Below, piece after piece: positions 12,431 to 27,886 of a stretch of 64,000 bases of DNA. Origin of the DNA: Octopus vulgaris (taxonomy: Eukaryota); the NCBI GenBank assembly GCA_951406725.2, contig OX597833.1, forward strand, positions 65,038,001 to 65,102,000, read 5' to 3'. The notes under the pieces were generated by a model. The model saw nothing but the letters and a program-made list of their open reading frames with translations, was not told where the DNA came from and did no database searches. Position numbers and translations under genes: made by a program. Within the stretch, counting starts at the first letter, position 1, and every line of letters begins with the position of its first letter.

Positions 12431-12650
12431 AAAATGGGAAGGGCTAGTTTATGGGATTAACTTAGATTTCCAGTCCATAAACTGTTTAGCTTTATGGCGT
12501 ATCGTCAGACCCCCAAAAACTATTGGCCTATGGCCTATCTTGAAGAGGTCATATGCCAACAGGCTTTGGGGTCTGATGATACGCCATGAAGCTAAACCCT
12601 TTATGGACGGGAAACCTAAGGTAACCATATAAACTGGCCTTCCCCATTTT
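12431..12650. mobile_element. Palindromic MITE-like element (~220 bp)
   Basis: aaaatgggaagggctagtttat...tttagctttatggcgtatcgtcagacccc is mirrored by ggggtctgatgatacgccatgaagctaaa...aaactggccttccccatttt; superfamily not assigned. Confidence 0.75.
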
Positions 12651-12950
12651 TTAATATATACTGCTCTACATTTTACAGTGAAATCCTACAAACGGTGTAA
12701 GGGGATTTTTAAATGCTGCGGTGTTCCGATCTCATTGTGTGTCTCTCCACTCATAACTAAACTACCGCATCGCTGTATCAAGCAAGAACATGCGCTATTT
12801 TTCAGAGCATTCAGCAAAGAATACTTACGGTAGTATATTTCAGGACGTACTAAGAATGAAAAGATATGGTGCTGTTTCGATTTCCTCTATTCTGCATGTA
12901 TGCATGTAAAATCTACGTATGTATGCATGTTTTATATATATATATATATA

Positions 12951-13230
12951 TACTTTATGATTAAGGATTCAGTGAGCGATTTGCTTCACCACATACCGAA
13001 GTTTAGAAATAGCAGTCAAAAAAATCTTAGCTATTCTTTCTAATTTAAAGGGGATTCCCAGAAAAACCAAAGCACTTGAAAACAAACCACGCAGGCAAAA
13101 GGGAAAAACGACGAAAATCATTCTATATTAGGTTACCCAAGTAGAAGGAATAGCTAAGATTTTTTGACTGCTATTTCTAAACTTCTGTATGTGGTGAAGC
13201 AAATCGTTGCTGAACCCTAATTATAAAGTA
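12951..13230. repeat. Inverted repeat, ~90-bp arms with ~100-bp spacer, in (TA)n context
   Basis: 12951-13042 is the reverse complement of 13142-13230 (gatttgcttcaccacatac.gaagtttagaaatagcagtcaaaaaa). Confidence 0.85.
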
Positions 13231-13324
13231 TTAATTAAGCTTACCATGAAATGGTCCCTTTCATGCCGAATTCTACTTGGTGAAATTACTGATTACTTCT
13301 TAATTAATTAATTTCACCCTTTGT

Positions 13325-13442
<118 letters not shown>

Positions 13443-13510
13443 ACAGAGTGAGAGAGTGTATATGTGTGAGAGAGGGAAAAAGTATTGTATAGGTATTACT
13501 ACCAAGTTAT

Positions 13511-13893
13511 GTGGAGGCGCAATGGCCCAGTGGTTAGGGCAGCGGACTCGCGGTCGGAGGATCGTGGTTTCGATTCCCAGACCGGGCGTTGTGAGTGTTT
13601 ATTGAGCGAAAAACACATAAAGCTCCACGAGTCTCCGGCAGGGGATGGTGGTGATCCCTGCTATACTCTTTCACCACAACTTTTTCTCACTCTTACTTCC
13701 TGTTTCTGTTGTACCTGTATTTCAAAGGGCCGGCCTTGTCACTCTCTGTGTCACGCTGAATATCCCCAAGAACTACGCTAAGGGTACACGTGTCTGTGGA
13801 GTGCTCAGCCACTTACACGTTAATTTCACGAGCAGGCTGTTCCGTTGATCGGATCAACCGGAACCCTCGTCGTCGTAACCGACGGAGTGCTTC
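13511..13893 (+). mobile_element. SINE family C, long-tail variant with 12-bp TSD
   Basis: tggcccagtggttagggc A-box, ggtttcgattccc B-box; TSD actaccaagtta at 13498-13509 and 13903-13914. Confidence 0.92.
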
Positions 13894-14765
13894 AAATTCA
13901 AAACTACCAAGTTAACTTGTATTTGAAATGTTCGATTTAAACTGTATTTTCCAATATGATGAAGTGTTCTCCTGTTAACCCGTTTCTTTATGCTTGTTTC
14001 ATTTCTTTTATCTTAAATATTTTCTGTTCCATCAACGTATTTTGACATTCTTTTCTATCTACCTGTTTTATGATTTCTTTATCTAGTATCTTCACATTAA
14101 TCCTCCAAGATGTTTTCCTATTTTCTTATTAAAATTCCACGCATTTTAATCTCACAACTGCCATGGGCAAACATCTTCCCCAACGCCCAAACACACACAC
14201 ACACACACACAATTTCTTCCACACATACTCACGCCCAATCTGCTGTTTGTACGGAAACTCTTCTATTTGATCTTGCATTCATTGCGAATAGATTTCACTC
14301 ATCCAGAAAGAGGAAATGATTTATTTCATACTGTCAGTCTTTGAGATTATATCCATTCCTACCATTTCTTAGAAGCAGTGGTAAATATATCAGACCTATC
14401 ACACACAAAAAGGAAACAAGAAGGCCGGGGGTCACTCTGTGACCCTGAAAGATTTCTCCATTGATCTTCATACTTCTAACTCCTTCACATCAATAGCATA
14501 AATTCATTTTCTATTTACGTACATTCTCTTACAATCAACTTTCTTATCTTCTCTGCTCACCCTTAAATCTCAGCCCATTCTATTATCCAGTGAGCAAAGA
14601 ACCGTTTTCATAAGCCTTTTTCTAATCGATCCGTTATTGATGTTGTTCTGGCTCTTTTTGTTATTGTTGTTGTTGTTATCATTAATATTATTCTTATTAT
14701 CAGTTGTAGTATTAGGAGTAGAAGAAGTGGTAGTAGTTTTAGGTGTTGCTTTTGATATTGTTGTA

Positions 14766-14835
14766 GCGTCATCATCATCATCATCACCGTCACCGTCACC
14801 AAAACCATTATAATTATTATCATCATGATCAGTAC

Positions 14836-14913
<78 letters not shown>

Positions 14914-15092
14914 TACTACTACTACTACTACTATTATTATTATTATTATTATCATCATCATCGTCATTATTATCATTATCATCATCATCATCATCATCAT
15001 CAACATTATTATTATTATTATTATTATCATTATTATTGTTATTATTATTATTATTATCATCATCATCATCATCATCATCATTGTTATTATTA
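14766..15092. repeat. Compound (ATC)n/(ATT)n/(ACT)n microsatellite
   Basis: Directly visible. Confidence 0.95.
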
Positions 15093-15726
15093 AGGCGTGC
15101 ATCCTCTTTACTATTTATTCATGATATGGGATATGCTTCAGGAGTTTTATCTTGAAAACACGAACTAGGTGCAGATAATAGAGTATGCATGCCGAATAAT
15201 TCAGGCTAGCAAAAATTTATTTCAAGGCTAAAAAAAGCAAATATTTTAGGGTCCTTATATAATATCCTTTTTTAGATATAATAATATTGTGCCATACAAC
15301 TCAATAAGGTCATATAAATTTGAGCCTCCATTATATATATATATATTTACAAATTGAGATAGGGGTTGTGAGTGCAACCCACCATGGGATAACATATATC
15401 CAATATACTGCCAGTAAAGCACCCAAACAAAGTTAATACATAAATGTTAAGAATTGCGAGGCAAGTAATTCATTTATTGTATTATATGGGCGAAGGTAAA
15501 ATGTTTTACCACAATTTAATAATACAAAATAAGAAAATATTATATATATATATATATATATTATATTATATTAAATTAGAGATAAAACCACTATTAGGCA
15601 AATCAAACAGTGAAAATCATAAGCCAATACATAGAAATTATTTATATATATATACATATATACACACATACACACAAACATATATATATATACACACACA
15701 TATACATATATATACACATACACACA

Positions 15727-15786
<60 letters not shown>

Positions 15787-15827
15787 TATATATATGTATA
15801 TATACACACATAAATACACACACACTC

Positions 15828-15860
<33 letters not shown>

Positions 15861-16172
15861 ACATCAGCTCGAAGTGATATCCATAGTATCCAAGAAACAG
15901 CTGTATGACTAACTTTCTCTTTATACACATTTTGAAAATTCCACACACCCTTGGCTTTGTTTTCTCATTATAGATAACATATACATATATATGCGCATCT
16001 GTGTAGTGACGTAATCAAATATAAGTATGCAGGTGTATTCTACATGAGAAAAAAAACTTGTATATAAATTCCAAGCCATAGGGAAATATATTTCCAACGT
16101 ATGTACATTTTAAAGCAGCAGCGACTTAAATATATATTACTATGAATTAAAATGGTACCACATATATTGTTC

Positions 16173-16203
<31 letters not shown>

Positions 16204-16346
16204 GCACAATCAATATATGTGTGTGTTTTTGCGCGTGCGTATGTATGCACAACACACACATATATATATAATACAGATATCGTTATGCATACACGAATAT
16301 ACATGTATGAGTTACATACGCACACAAACTCACACACACCTGAAAA

Positions 16347-16397
<51 letters not shown>

Positions 16398-16470
16398 GCA
16401 TATAACCGAAACATTTATCTATAACCGAAAATTTATCTAATATAGTGGCATTTTCAAACTTCTTTTTAAA

Positions 16471-16595
<125 letters not shown>

Positions 16596-17120
16596 TCTGC
16601 ACAAATATAGCATTTATATATGTATTTTTCTCTTACATACAATATATACCTACATTCTCATGAACATGCAAACGCACCCGCGCTCGCACACACTCACATA
16701 CACACACACACGCTTACATACACCTACTCACTCACATACACATACACACACACACGCGCGTGTTCACATACATAAAAAATCATGAACCCAAATCTTTATG
16801 AAGCACATCGTATTAGCATCGGAGCACGTGACTAATTAAACATAATTATCTCCAGAGATGGATCTGCATGCAAACACAATTACGTTTTCACAGCGAACCC
16901 GAAAATTTAAACTAATCATCGAAATAAATGTTAACTAGTTCCCGCTTTAAATAAGATTTTCGTTTCTATAAAACGAAGACGTTACAAAGTTTGACACTTC
17001 TCCGTTGATCACGTTTTCGGGTTTCCAACAAATATAATTCGCATCAATTACTATCTTACTTTTTTCCTCTTCGTTATTTCTGCCTTTTTATCTATCTCTC
17101 TATCTATATCTATCTATCTC

Positions 17121-17192
<72 letters not shown>

Positions 17193-17320
17193 CTCTTCCA
17201 GCTTTCTTTCTTTCTCTCTGCCTTTCTAGCCTCTTTCTAGTTTTCGTCTTGCTCGAAACGTTTTTTGGTTTACTTGCTTTTCTACGTGATTTTCAGTGTG
17301 TTAGTGTGCGTGTGTGATTC

Positions 17321-17382
<62 letters not shown>

Positions 17383-17458
17383 GGTATATATGCATATATA
17401 AACTTTAATATGTACGCATGCATACATATATTATATATATTTTTTTCTTAATAAATAC

Positions 17459-17544
<86 letters not shown>

Positions 17545-17810
17545 TATATATGTATATTTATATATGTATTTTAATTCATATATGTGTATATATTTATGTG
17601 AGTGTGTGTGTATTTACATACCCGTATATGTACTGTTACATGTGTGTTTTCATATTATATTCATACCTAGACATACACTAGCGAGTGTGTTTATGTGTGT
17701 GCGTATGTATATGAACCACTGAGTGCAGAATATTAAATAGATGGACACACACAGACACACACACACAGAGAATAGAAACAAAGAAAGGAAGAGAAACAGG
17801 GAGATAGAGA

Positions 17811-18005
<195 letters not shown>

Positions 18006-18368
18006 CATACATACATACATACACACATAAGTAAATTACGAAAGAAACAACACACAGGAGATGGTACACAGAAATACGTCGCATCGCGTTTAAAGGATCG
18101 TTCTAGATAACAGACTGCTCGTTGCAATGAGCAATTAATTCAGATTCGGTTAAAACTTTGAAAAGATCTTTGAATTTCAGATAAGAAGAATTAATCGGCT
18201 TATCAATAACGTCTCTGCCAAGTTTGTAACAGCTTCCTATCACGTATGGCCAGTATTAAGACTATTGTTTATTACGAGATTGTGATACACATACAGTAAT
18301 TGGCCTGCTTGTTGCGTGATTCCGAGGGAATATGACTTGTAGATCTTTTCGGCATCGCATCTGTGTTG

Positions 18369-18473
<105 letters not shown>

Positions 18474-18474
18474 C

Positions 18475-18543
<69 letters not shown>

Positions 18544-18578
18544 GATGTCTATATTTATATATAGTTATACATGTACAT

Positions 18579-18918
18579 GTGAAGGCGCATGGCTCAGTGG
18601 TTGGAGCGTCGAGCTTACGATCGTGAGGTTGTGAGTTCGAATCCCGAACCGGGCTGCGTGTTTTGTTCTTGGGCAAGACACTTTATTTCACGTTGCTCCA
18701 GTTCACTCAGCTGTAGAAATGAGTTGCGACATCCCTGCTGCCAAGCTGTATCAGCCCTTGCATTTCCCTTGGATAACACTGGTGGCGTGGGGAGGGAAGG
18801 GGAGGCCAGGGTGCATGGACGACTTCTGGTCTTCCATAAACAACCTTGCCTGGACTTCAGCCTGAAAGGGTAACTTTCTAGGTGCAATCCCATAGTCACT
18901 TATGACCGAAGAGCGTCT
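18579..18918 (+). mobile_element. SINE family D, full length
   Basis: tggctcagtggttggagcg A-box, gagttcgaatccc B-box; acatgtacat on both flanks (probable TSD); near-identical to 44704-45027. Confidence 0.92.
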
Positions 18919-19071
18919 CACCACATGTACATACATATTTTGTATGCGATCGAACATACACAAGCACACACACTCACAAACACACACACACTACGCACAT
19001 TTATTTATATATATATAATATATATGAACCGTATTTTCAAGCGTACCAAATTAAGAAACTTGGTTTTTCAG

Positions 19072-19412
19072 GCGGTTCGGTGCCACCTTTGACACCATTG
19101 CTGCAACCACAGTAATCTACAGCAAAACGAGAAGAATGCCACTACAATGGAATACCCACACTTGCCTTTCACTGTGACCATCTTAGATCGTTGTCTCAAT
19201 TTCTCAAGTCTAAAGAGTGATTCAGAGCCCCGCAATCGCTTTAAATCAACTGATCACAAACAGGACGAAAACCCGTATAGATAAGAAGAAACACAAACGA
19301 TTACTTACTGTAGCGACCAGAGCTCCGCATATGAGCACTCGCTAATGCTTATTATTGCCGGACATGAAGCAATGACATTACTGCCAAATCACAGAAAACA
19401 AAGAATTCGCAG
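19072..19412 (+). other. Candidate exon containing a 45-codon ORF (19147-19284)
   Basis: Acceptor ttggtttttcag|, donor cag|gtaaaa, ATG in acaATGg context; unique, relatively GC-rich island. Confidence 0.3.
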
Positions 19413-19761
19413 GTAAAATCGACAAAAATTAATTTCAGTCAATAATTTAGGAGAAATAAAAGTGTTTTATCTCACGTCTTTAACAAGGGTTAAACAATAT
19501 TAAGAATGAAAATAAACATTGAATAAATTATTAATCAATAACATAATTTATTAGATTATTGTAATTTACATTCTGTCCTAAAATATCATCTATTTTCGTT
19601 GCGGTAATTATTTGAATTTCTATCCTTATTTTTGTATTTTTATATATATATTTTTCTCATGTTTGTTCTTGCGATTTCTAATTAAATTCATGAGAGAATA
19701 CTGTACATGTATGTATCTATGTATGTATGTATGTATGTATGTATGTATGTATGTATGTATG

Positions 19762-19792
<31 letters not shown>

Positions 19793-19851
19793 TGTGTGTA
19801 AGGTAGAGACACAGAGAGAGTGTTTATTCATGTGTATGCATGGATATCTAC

Positions 19852-19924
<73 letters not shown>

Positions 19925-20091
19925 ATTATAAATACATATGTGTGAATATGTATATATATATATATATATATATACATATGTATGCATGTATGTATATCTC
20001 TCTATATATATACATATATGCATACGCATATATGTGTATGTATAAATATGCGGGTGTTTATGCAAATATATATATATATAGATAGATATAG

Positions 20092-20134
<43 letters not shown>

Positions 20135-20359
20135 AATATCGATAGACAGATAGATAGATGTTATACGTATATACATATGCGTAGGCACAAATGTAAATAT
20201 ATACACACACAAACGCACACATAGATATACATATATATATATATATATGTATGTACGTATGTATAAATTGTGCATGTACTATGCATTTATATAATTATTA
20301 AATGCCTGTGTATATCCGTATATCCGTATATACATACACACACACCTATATAGATAGGC

Positions 20360-20395
<36 letters not shown>

Positions 20396-20434
20396 TAATA
20401 TATATATATAATATATATATACATATATATATAC

Positions 20435-20499
<65 letters not shown>

Positions 20500-20585
20500 A
20501 ACATATATACACACAAACACACACGCACCTACACATGTGCGTTCGAACAATATGATCAATAGCACGTAAATTAATTTTTGTTTCT

Positions 20586-20624
<39 letters not shown>

Positions 20625-21075
20625 ATGTATCTATGTGTGTGTATATGTATGTATGTATGTATATATTATTTTCCTTGTTTATTTACTATTCTAATTTGTT
20701 TGTTTTACGCCTTTTTTTCTTGTAATCCTGTGGTTTTGTTATTTTTGTTATTTTTAAAAACCTTTTTGTATCTTTCGCTGTTACCCACCTCTTAATTCCC
20801 TATCGCAGCCTTTCACCCGGCTATTATATATAGAAGGAAATTATTTAATAGTAATGCTTATCGCTTGAGAAGTCAATAGCTCATTAAATAAATAAATTAG
20901 AACATGTGTGTGTGTGTGTGTGTATTGTTTGAGAAATCTAAATACACATATACATTGGTGGGTGTGTGTGTGAATGAGCGGATGTATCTGGCTGTTTGTG
21001 GTACACATATATACAATTATACATACACATATATACGTGTATGTACATACGTATATATACATATATATGTATATA

Positions 21076-21141
<66 letters not shown>

Positions 21142-21227
21142 TATATATAACAATAATATATCTATGAGCAAGGTATATATATATATATATGTATGTATAT
21201 GTATGTATATATAAATATATATATATG

Positions 21228-21303
<76 letters not shown>

Positions 21304-21713
21304 AATGTGTGTGTGTGTGTGTATGTGTGTGTGTCAGTCTGTGTGTGTGTGTGTGTACAGCGAGATCGGGAGCAATACACATGAACAGACGGAGAAAGAG
21401 AATCGCGTGATTAGCAAATATATGAACATGCACACGCATATACAGAATCAGGCGCGCATACACACACACACATACACACATACACACACACACATATATA
21501 TATATATGCGTGATTGTGTGTGTGTGTATACGTATTTGTGTGTTTATGTGTGTGTGTGTTTACGCATGTGTACGTGTTACTGGTTTGTGTATGTGTGAAC
21601 GAGAGTATTTCTGGTTGTTCTATTCTAAATCGAAATCAATAATAATGGATTGAAAGATATCAGGACTATTTACCGGCATTGATAATATCGTTGTGGTTAC
21701 TGGTGTTGATATC

Positions 21714-21759
<46 letters not shown>

Positions 21760-21969
21760 CTGGTGATGTTTGTGCTGTTGTTGTTGCTGTAGTTGTCATA
21801 ATTATTCTCATCTCATTAAAATATTAGCGACAACAACAACAAGAACAGCAACAACAACAATGCTGATATTTGATTTGTAATTATCATTAGAACCGCCATT
21901 ATTATTCTTAAAAACACGGCAACGTCTATTCACCGCCTCCGCAACTACAACTATCAGAAGTGTATTGAT

Positions 21970-22030
21970 AATCATCATCATCAACAACATCATCATCATC
22001 ATCATATCATCATCATCAATATCATCGTCG

Positions 22031-22088
<58 letters not shown>

Positions 22089-22338
22089 ATCATCGTCGTC
22101 ATCATCAACATTATCATCATCACAATTATCATCATCATCATCATCATCATCATCAATATCATCGTAGTCATCATCATCATCATCATCATCATCATCAGCG
22201 TCATCATCATCATTATCATCATCATCATCATCATCATCATTAGCGTCATCATCATTAGCGTCATCATCATAATAATCATCATCTTCGTCATCATCCTTAT
22301 CAGCGTCGTCATCAGCATCGTCATCATCATCGTTGTCG

Positions 22339-22371
<33 letters not shown>

Positions 22372-22430
22372 ATATCAACGATAGCAGCCGCAGCAACATC
22401 ATCATCGCCATTATAATCTTCATCATTATC
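21970..22430. repeat. (ATC)n microsatellite, degenerate
   Basis: Directly visible. Confidence 0.95.
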
Positions 22431-22496
22431 TCGCTATCATCTTTGATAAATTAATAATAACAAAAACAACAACAACAACAACAACTACAATAACAT

Positions 22497-22783
22497 TAAT
22501 AAGAAGAACATTAATGATATTATTAATGATAAAGCCTGAAGAAACATCTGGACACTTTAGGAATACGCTGCAGTCTTGGTGCATTGCAAAATCGGATTAA
22601 ATCGGAACCGCGTGCGTGCAGCATAAATTAATATCTAAGTTCCTTGTGCTGACTTGACAGTGCAAACTCTTGCTACACGCAAAATCTTCAATCTACATCA
22701 GAGTATTAGATACTGCAGGAGGTCTCAAATAATAACAATAACGATTACGATGATAATAATAATACTGATTATAAACGTCGCCC
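22497..22783 (+). repeat. Copy 1 of a ~285-bp local duplication; contains an old R4/Dong-like 3' end
   Basis: Near-identical to 24398-24683; translates LKKHLDTLGIRCSLGALQ..IGTA, resembling the Dong C-terminal LQK..LLGTA motif. Confidence 0.8.
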
Positions 22784-23080
22784 TTTTTTAAGCCTAGCCA
22801 GTCTCACGGGCCCGGTTTCCCGGTTTCTGTGGCGTATGTATTCCCCCGACAGCTGGATGTGACGCCAGTTCATCGCAGTGATACTCAAGAAACAGGAAGA
22901 GAACAGTGAGAGAAAGTCGTGGCAACAGAGTACAACAGGTGTCACCTCCACCCCCCTGCCGGAGATTCGTGGAACTTTTTAAGTGCTTTCGCTCAATAAA
23001 CATACACACAACGCCCGGTCTGGGAATCGAAACTGCGAATCGAGTCTGCTGCCCTAACCACTGGGCCATTGCGCCTCCAC
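22778..23080 (-). mobile_element. SINE family C
   Basis: Reverse complement of the head gtggaggcgcaatggcccagtggttagggcagc; tail ccgggaaaccgggccc. Confidence 0.9.
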
Positions 23081-23081
23081 A

Positions 23082-23680
<599 letters not shown>

Positions 23681-24392
23681 AAGCAAGACATGATGAGATT
23701 GAAACTATAGAGCACCTAATATCAGAGTGTAGAGTCTTAGCACCAGCAGAATATAAAGCAAGACATGACAGAGTCGGCCATTATTTACACTGGACAATAT
23801 GTCGGCATTATAAAATCAAAACCGCTGACAAATAGTATAAACACCAGCCTGAAAATGTGACTGAGGGAGAAAATGTGTCGATTCTATGGGACTTTCCCAT
23901 ACAGACCGACAAGATTATAAAACTAATAAACTGGATATTATTATAAAAGATCAGACAAAAAAGATGTGTTTATTAATTGACATGAGTATTCCTTGCGATC
24001 ACAATAAAGCGGCGAAAGAATTTGACACGATCAGTAAATACAAAGACCTGCTAATAGAAATTGAACGAATGTGGCATCTCAAGGCAAATACACAACCAGT
24101 GATTGTAGGATCTCTAGGAATGATTAAAAAATGATACCAGGTTACACCATCCCTACAGGAAGTACAAAACATCGTGTTAACTGGAACGGCTCATGGGCTG
24201 AGAAGAGCATTATCGCTATGAAAACAACATCCATTCATGAATTTATATATTTATTTATTCTTTTAAATACATACTTTACCTGTGAATTTGCGTGTGTAAT
24301 CTGGGAATGCGTACAATGAGCTTCTCTGCCCTAGGTGTACGAAAAACACTCGGCGACTAATGGAAGAAAATTTGAAGAAAGAAGGAAAAAAA
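23681..24392 (+). mobile_element. 5'-truncated R4/Dong-clade non-LTR retrotransposon (zinc knuckle end + restriction-like endonuclease), inactivated
   Basis: ETIEHLISEC..EYKARHDRV..HW, ILWDFPIQTDK, NKLDIIIKD..LLIDMSIP, KYKDLLIEIERMW, PVIVGSLG; has a stop codon and frameshifts; abuts (TAA)n, the known Dong target. Confidence 0.9.
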
Positions 24393-24397
24393 CAATT

Positions 24398-24683
24398 ATA
24401 ATAAGAAGAACAGTAATGATATTAATGATAAAGCCTGAAGAAACATCTGGACACTTTTGGAATACGCTGCAATCTTGGTGCATTGCAAAATCGGATTAAA
24501 TCGGAACTGCGTGCATGCTGCATAAATTAATATCTGAGTTCCTTGTGCTGACTTGACAGTGCAAACTCTTGCTACACGCAAAATCTTTAATCTACATCAG
24601 AGTATTAGATAGTGCAGGAGATCTCAAATAATAACAATAATGATTACGATGATAATAATAATAATGATTATAAACGTCGCCCT
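24398..24683 (+). repeat. Copy 2 of the ~285-bp local duplication
   Basis: Matches 22497-22783 through taaacgtcgccct. Confidence 0.9.
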
Positions 24684-24684
24684 T

Positions 24685-24851
24685 GCAGGAGTGGCTGTGT
24701 GGTAAGTAGCCTGCTTACCAGCCACATGGTTCCGGGTTCAGTCCTACTGCGTGGCACCTTGGGCAAATGTCTTCTACTATAGCCTCGGTCTACCAAAGCC
24801 TTGTGAGTGGATTTGGTAGACGGAAACTGAAAGAAGCCTGTCGTATATATG

Positions 24852-24941
<90 letters not shown>

Positions 24942-25145
24942 TGTCTGTGTTTGTCCCACCAACATCGCTTGATAACCGATGCTGGTGTGTTTACATCCCC
25001 GTAACTTAGCGGTTCGGCAAAAGAGACCGATAGAATAAGTACTAGGCTTACAAAGTATAAGTTCTGGGGTTGATTTGCTCGACTAAAGGCGGTGCTCCAG
25101 CTTGGCCACAGTCAAATGACTGAAACAAGTAAAAGAGTAAGAGAG
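24685..25145 (+). mobile_element. SINE family B, full length with internal (TA)(TG) microsatellite
   Basis: gtggctgtgtggtaag A-box, gggttcagtcc B-box-like, tail aagtaaaagag. Confidence 0.92.
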
Positions 25146-25217
25146 TTCTCTGGTAGTGACCATCTGACACCGAAGTACATATCCAGCGATAGAAGCTGAG
25201 CAAAGGCAATAATAATG

Positions 25218-25282
<65 letters not shown>

Positions 25283-25389
25283 GGCTTTCGTAAACCGAGG
25301 TACTACTATATTAAATGAATATGAGAAAGACAGGAGATATAGTACGATTTATTCGTGATCAGAGTTGTTAGAAAACCGAGGTCCTACTG

Positions 25390-25478
<89 letters not shown>

Positions 25479-27274
25479 ACAGACAGACACTTTAGTAATC
25501 AAGCAATATTTAAAATGCATGTAGGCGTTTCATTAGAAACGTCCTAATGGTTACAAAACGTTAGATTACGAAAATGGAGAAGAATTACACCACAAACTGT
25601 GTATTTGCATATGATTCCTGATTTAATTTAGAATTTAATTTACATTTAAGCATTTAGCACTTGTTCAGCATTTCTCTTCGGAGCTTAAAATACGTTTTGC
25701 CTTAATTTTATCGAAAATATATTGAAACAAGACAAACAAAGTTTAAGTTATTTCACTCGTTTCAGTAACTTAATATCTTAAATTTCTTTCGGGCTCTTGT
25801 ATTCCATTTCTGAAAGACATGCTTCAATTTATTTTGTGTTTCTTTAATGTTTGTCTTACTTCTGTTATTTTATGTCTACGATATCTAAATCTCACAGTTT
25901 GCCATTTTATTTCGTACCCATTTCGTCAATATCTAGATAGCTGAAATGCGAAAAAGTTGTTTGATTTCTTGGTTATTTGTCTTATTTTGGGATGGGAACG
26001 GTTTAAGGGGCGGTAGATGGGGTCGGATTAGCGCCAAGATTTACTTCGATTCATTCATTCACTTCGATTCATAAAATACATAATAGTTAAATGCTCGGGT
26101 TTGATCATATTAATAATGATATGTCCCAATATTTTTACTGTGTCACCGATTAGAGTTTGTTGGTCCGATCTGGGCTGATGAATGAAGATATATCTCTTAC
26201 GCTGCGTGAAGAAGTGACTGAAAAAAACCCAAGATAATTCAACTGAAGATTTTATAATCGTACATAAAGACAACTGCGGTGGCCTTTTAGAGATTGCAGC
26301 AGCATGGAGTTTACGGCAAGTTATTGATACGACAACATGCGGCTTACCTAGTATAACTGAAAACAATTGTGCTATATTCGCGTCGACGGAGGTTCTGGTC
26401 CTCTATCTATGTCGGCTATCTTAGCCGCCTTCCTCGATCGTCTGATTGTAAAAATGCCCACCGTGTGGTGTGGCAAAATATACACCTATTGCTCAACTGC
26501 CTCAAAATTGTGCTGTGAATTACTGCCGAAACTGGAGATTTTAGAATGTTTAGAGCAGGAGATTTTAGAATGTTCGAGAAAACTTTTCCAAGGACTCACT
26601 TCATTCTGAGTACTCGGTTAATGGACCGATCGCGTGAAACAATGGTAGTTTGTTCGTGTTGTATGATTGCATATCCGGAGATTCGGTTTTGAATCCACTG
26701 TTCAAATGTGGAGCCCATATTAGAAAGCAAGCAATATCAATATCGTCTTCACCATTAAAATCTCTTCTATGTTAAAAGAATGGAAAAAGGTTTTACAGAT
26801 ATAAAATGAAGTTTTCTCCTAATCAAATAATTCCCTAGCTTCGGTTTTGCTGCTCAACGATTAACACAAGCACAACTATATCCTTATATCAAATATCCTC
26901 GATTTTTGAATATCCATGGTGTTCTGTGTCTTAAGGACGGGATTTATAGAATATTGTAGAGCTTAAGGAATTTTACTAAGATTAGTGCCATCAAAAATAT
27001 AATATTTCGTTGGAAAATGCCAAATTTGTCACGCTCTGAAGCATGGCAGAAACCGAGATTGCAATCAACACTGGTGGTCGGAGAGGAGGGGAAACTAGAA
27101 TTAAATATTTTGATTAAATTAAGATTTCAGTGTATTGTTTTTAGTAATTTTTGATTTCATAATGTTCGAACTTTCCTTCAGCAAAGTGATATGTCATTAT
27201 ATATTGATCTTTGTTTCTATCCTTCAACTCACTCTTTCTTTCTCTCTCTTTTTTCCCCCTTTTGTATGTATCTG

Positions 27275-27314
<40 letters not shown>

Positions 27315-27368
27315 GATAAATAAATAGATAAATAGACTAGATATATAAATAGAGTCACACATATATAG

Positions 27369-27415
<47 letters not shown>

Positions 27416-27843
27416 TATACATACATATGCACACACACCTGCACGCTAAGTGATATACACACTCACGTATATATATGTGTGTGCAGGTGAGTTTGTGAGT
27501 GTATGCATGTATGTTTAATATCAATGGCTTCATATATATTCATAATATAAGGGGAAGTTTTGCCATGAGATTCTTCATTAAGTAACGTAAAGTAAATTTT
27601 TGTTCCTGCATTTATTTATTTTAATTAAATTCATTTTAAGGAAACACGCTTATCTTTCTTGTCGTTAAATTTCAAAATTTTAGAAACTGCTGAAGAATTT
27701 TGCGTTGTCGTGGATCGCATATGTGTCTTCGTTTAAATGCTTCGTTTAAAGGAAAATTTATGTATACATTTTAAAAACTTACATAGTTATATATATATAC
27801 ATATATGTATATATGTGTGTGTATGTGTGAGTGTGTGTATGTA

Positions 27844-27884
<41 letters not shown>

Positions 27885-27886
<2 letters not shown>

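Noticed and set aside
12572-12616. CTGATGA...GAAAC inside the MITE
   Set aside because: No convincing stems I and III; explained by the palindrome arm.
18583-18655. tRNA-like sequences at SINE heads (also 10934, 13511, 44704)
   Set aside because: They have A and B boxes but continue into SINE bodies with TSDs; not tRNA genes.
25989-26026. Possible G-quadruplex
   Set aside because: Long irregular loops and no supporting context.
26055-26609. Non-repetitive ORFs of 103 and 80 aa
   Set aside because: No recognisable motif or convincing splice signals.
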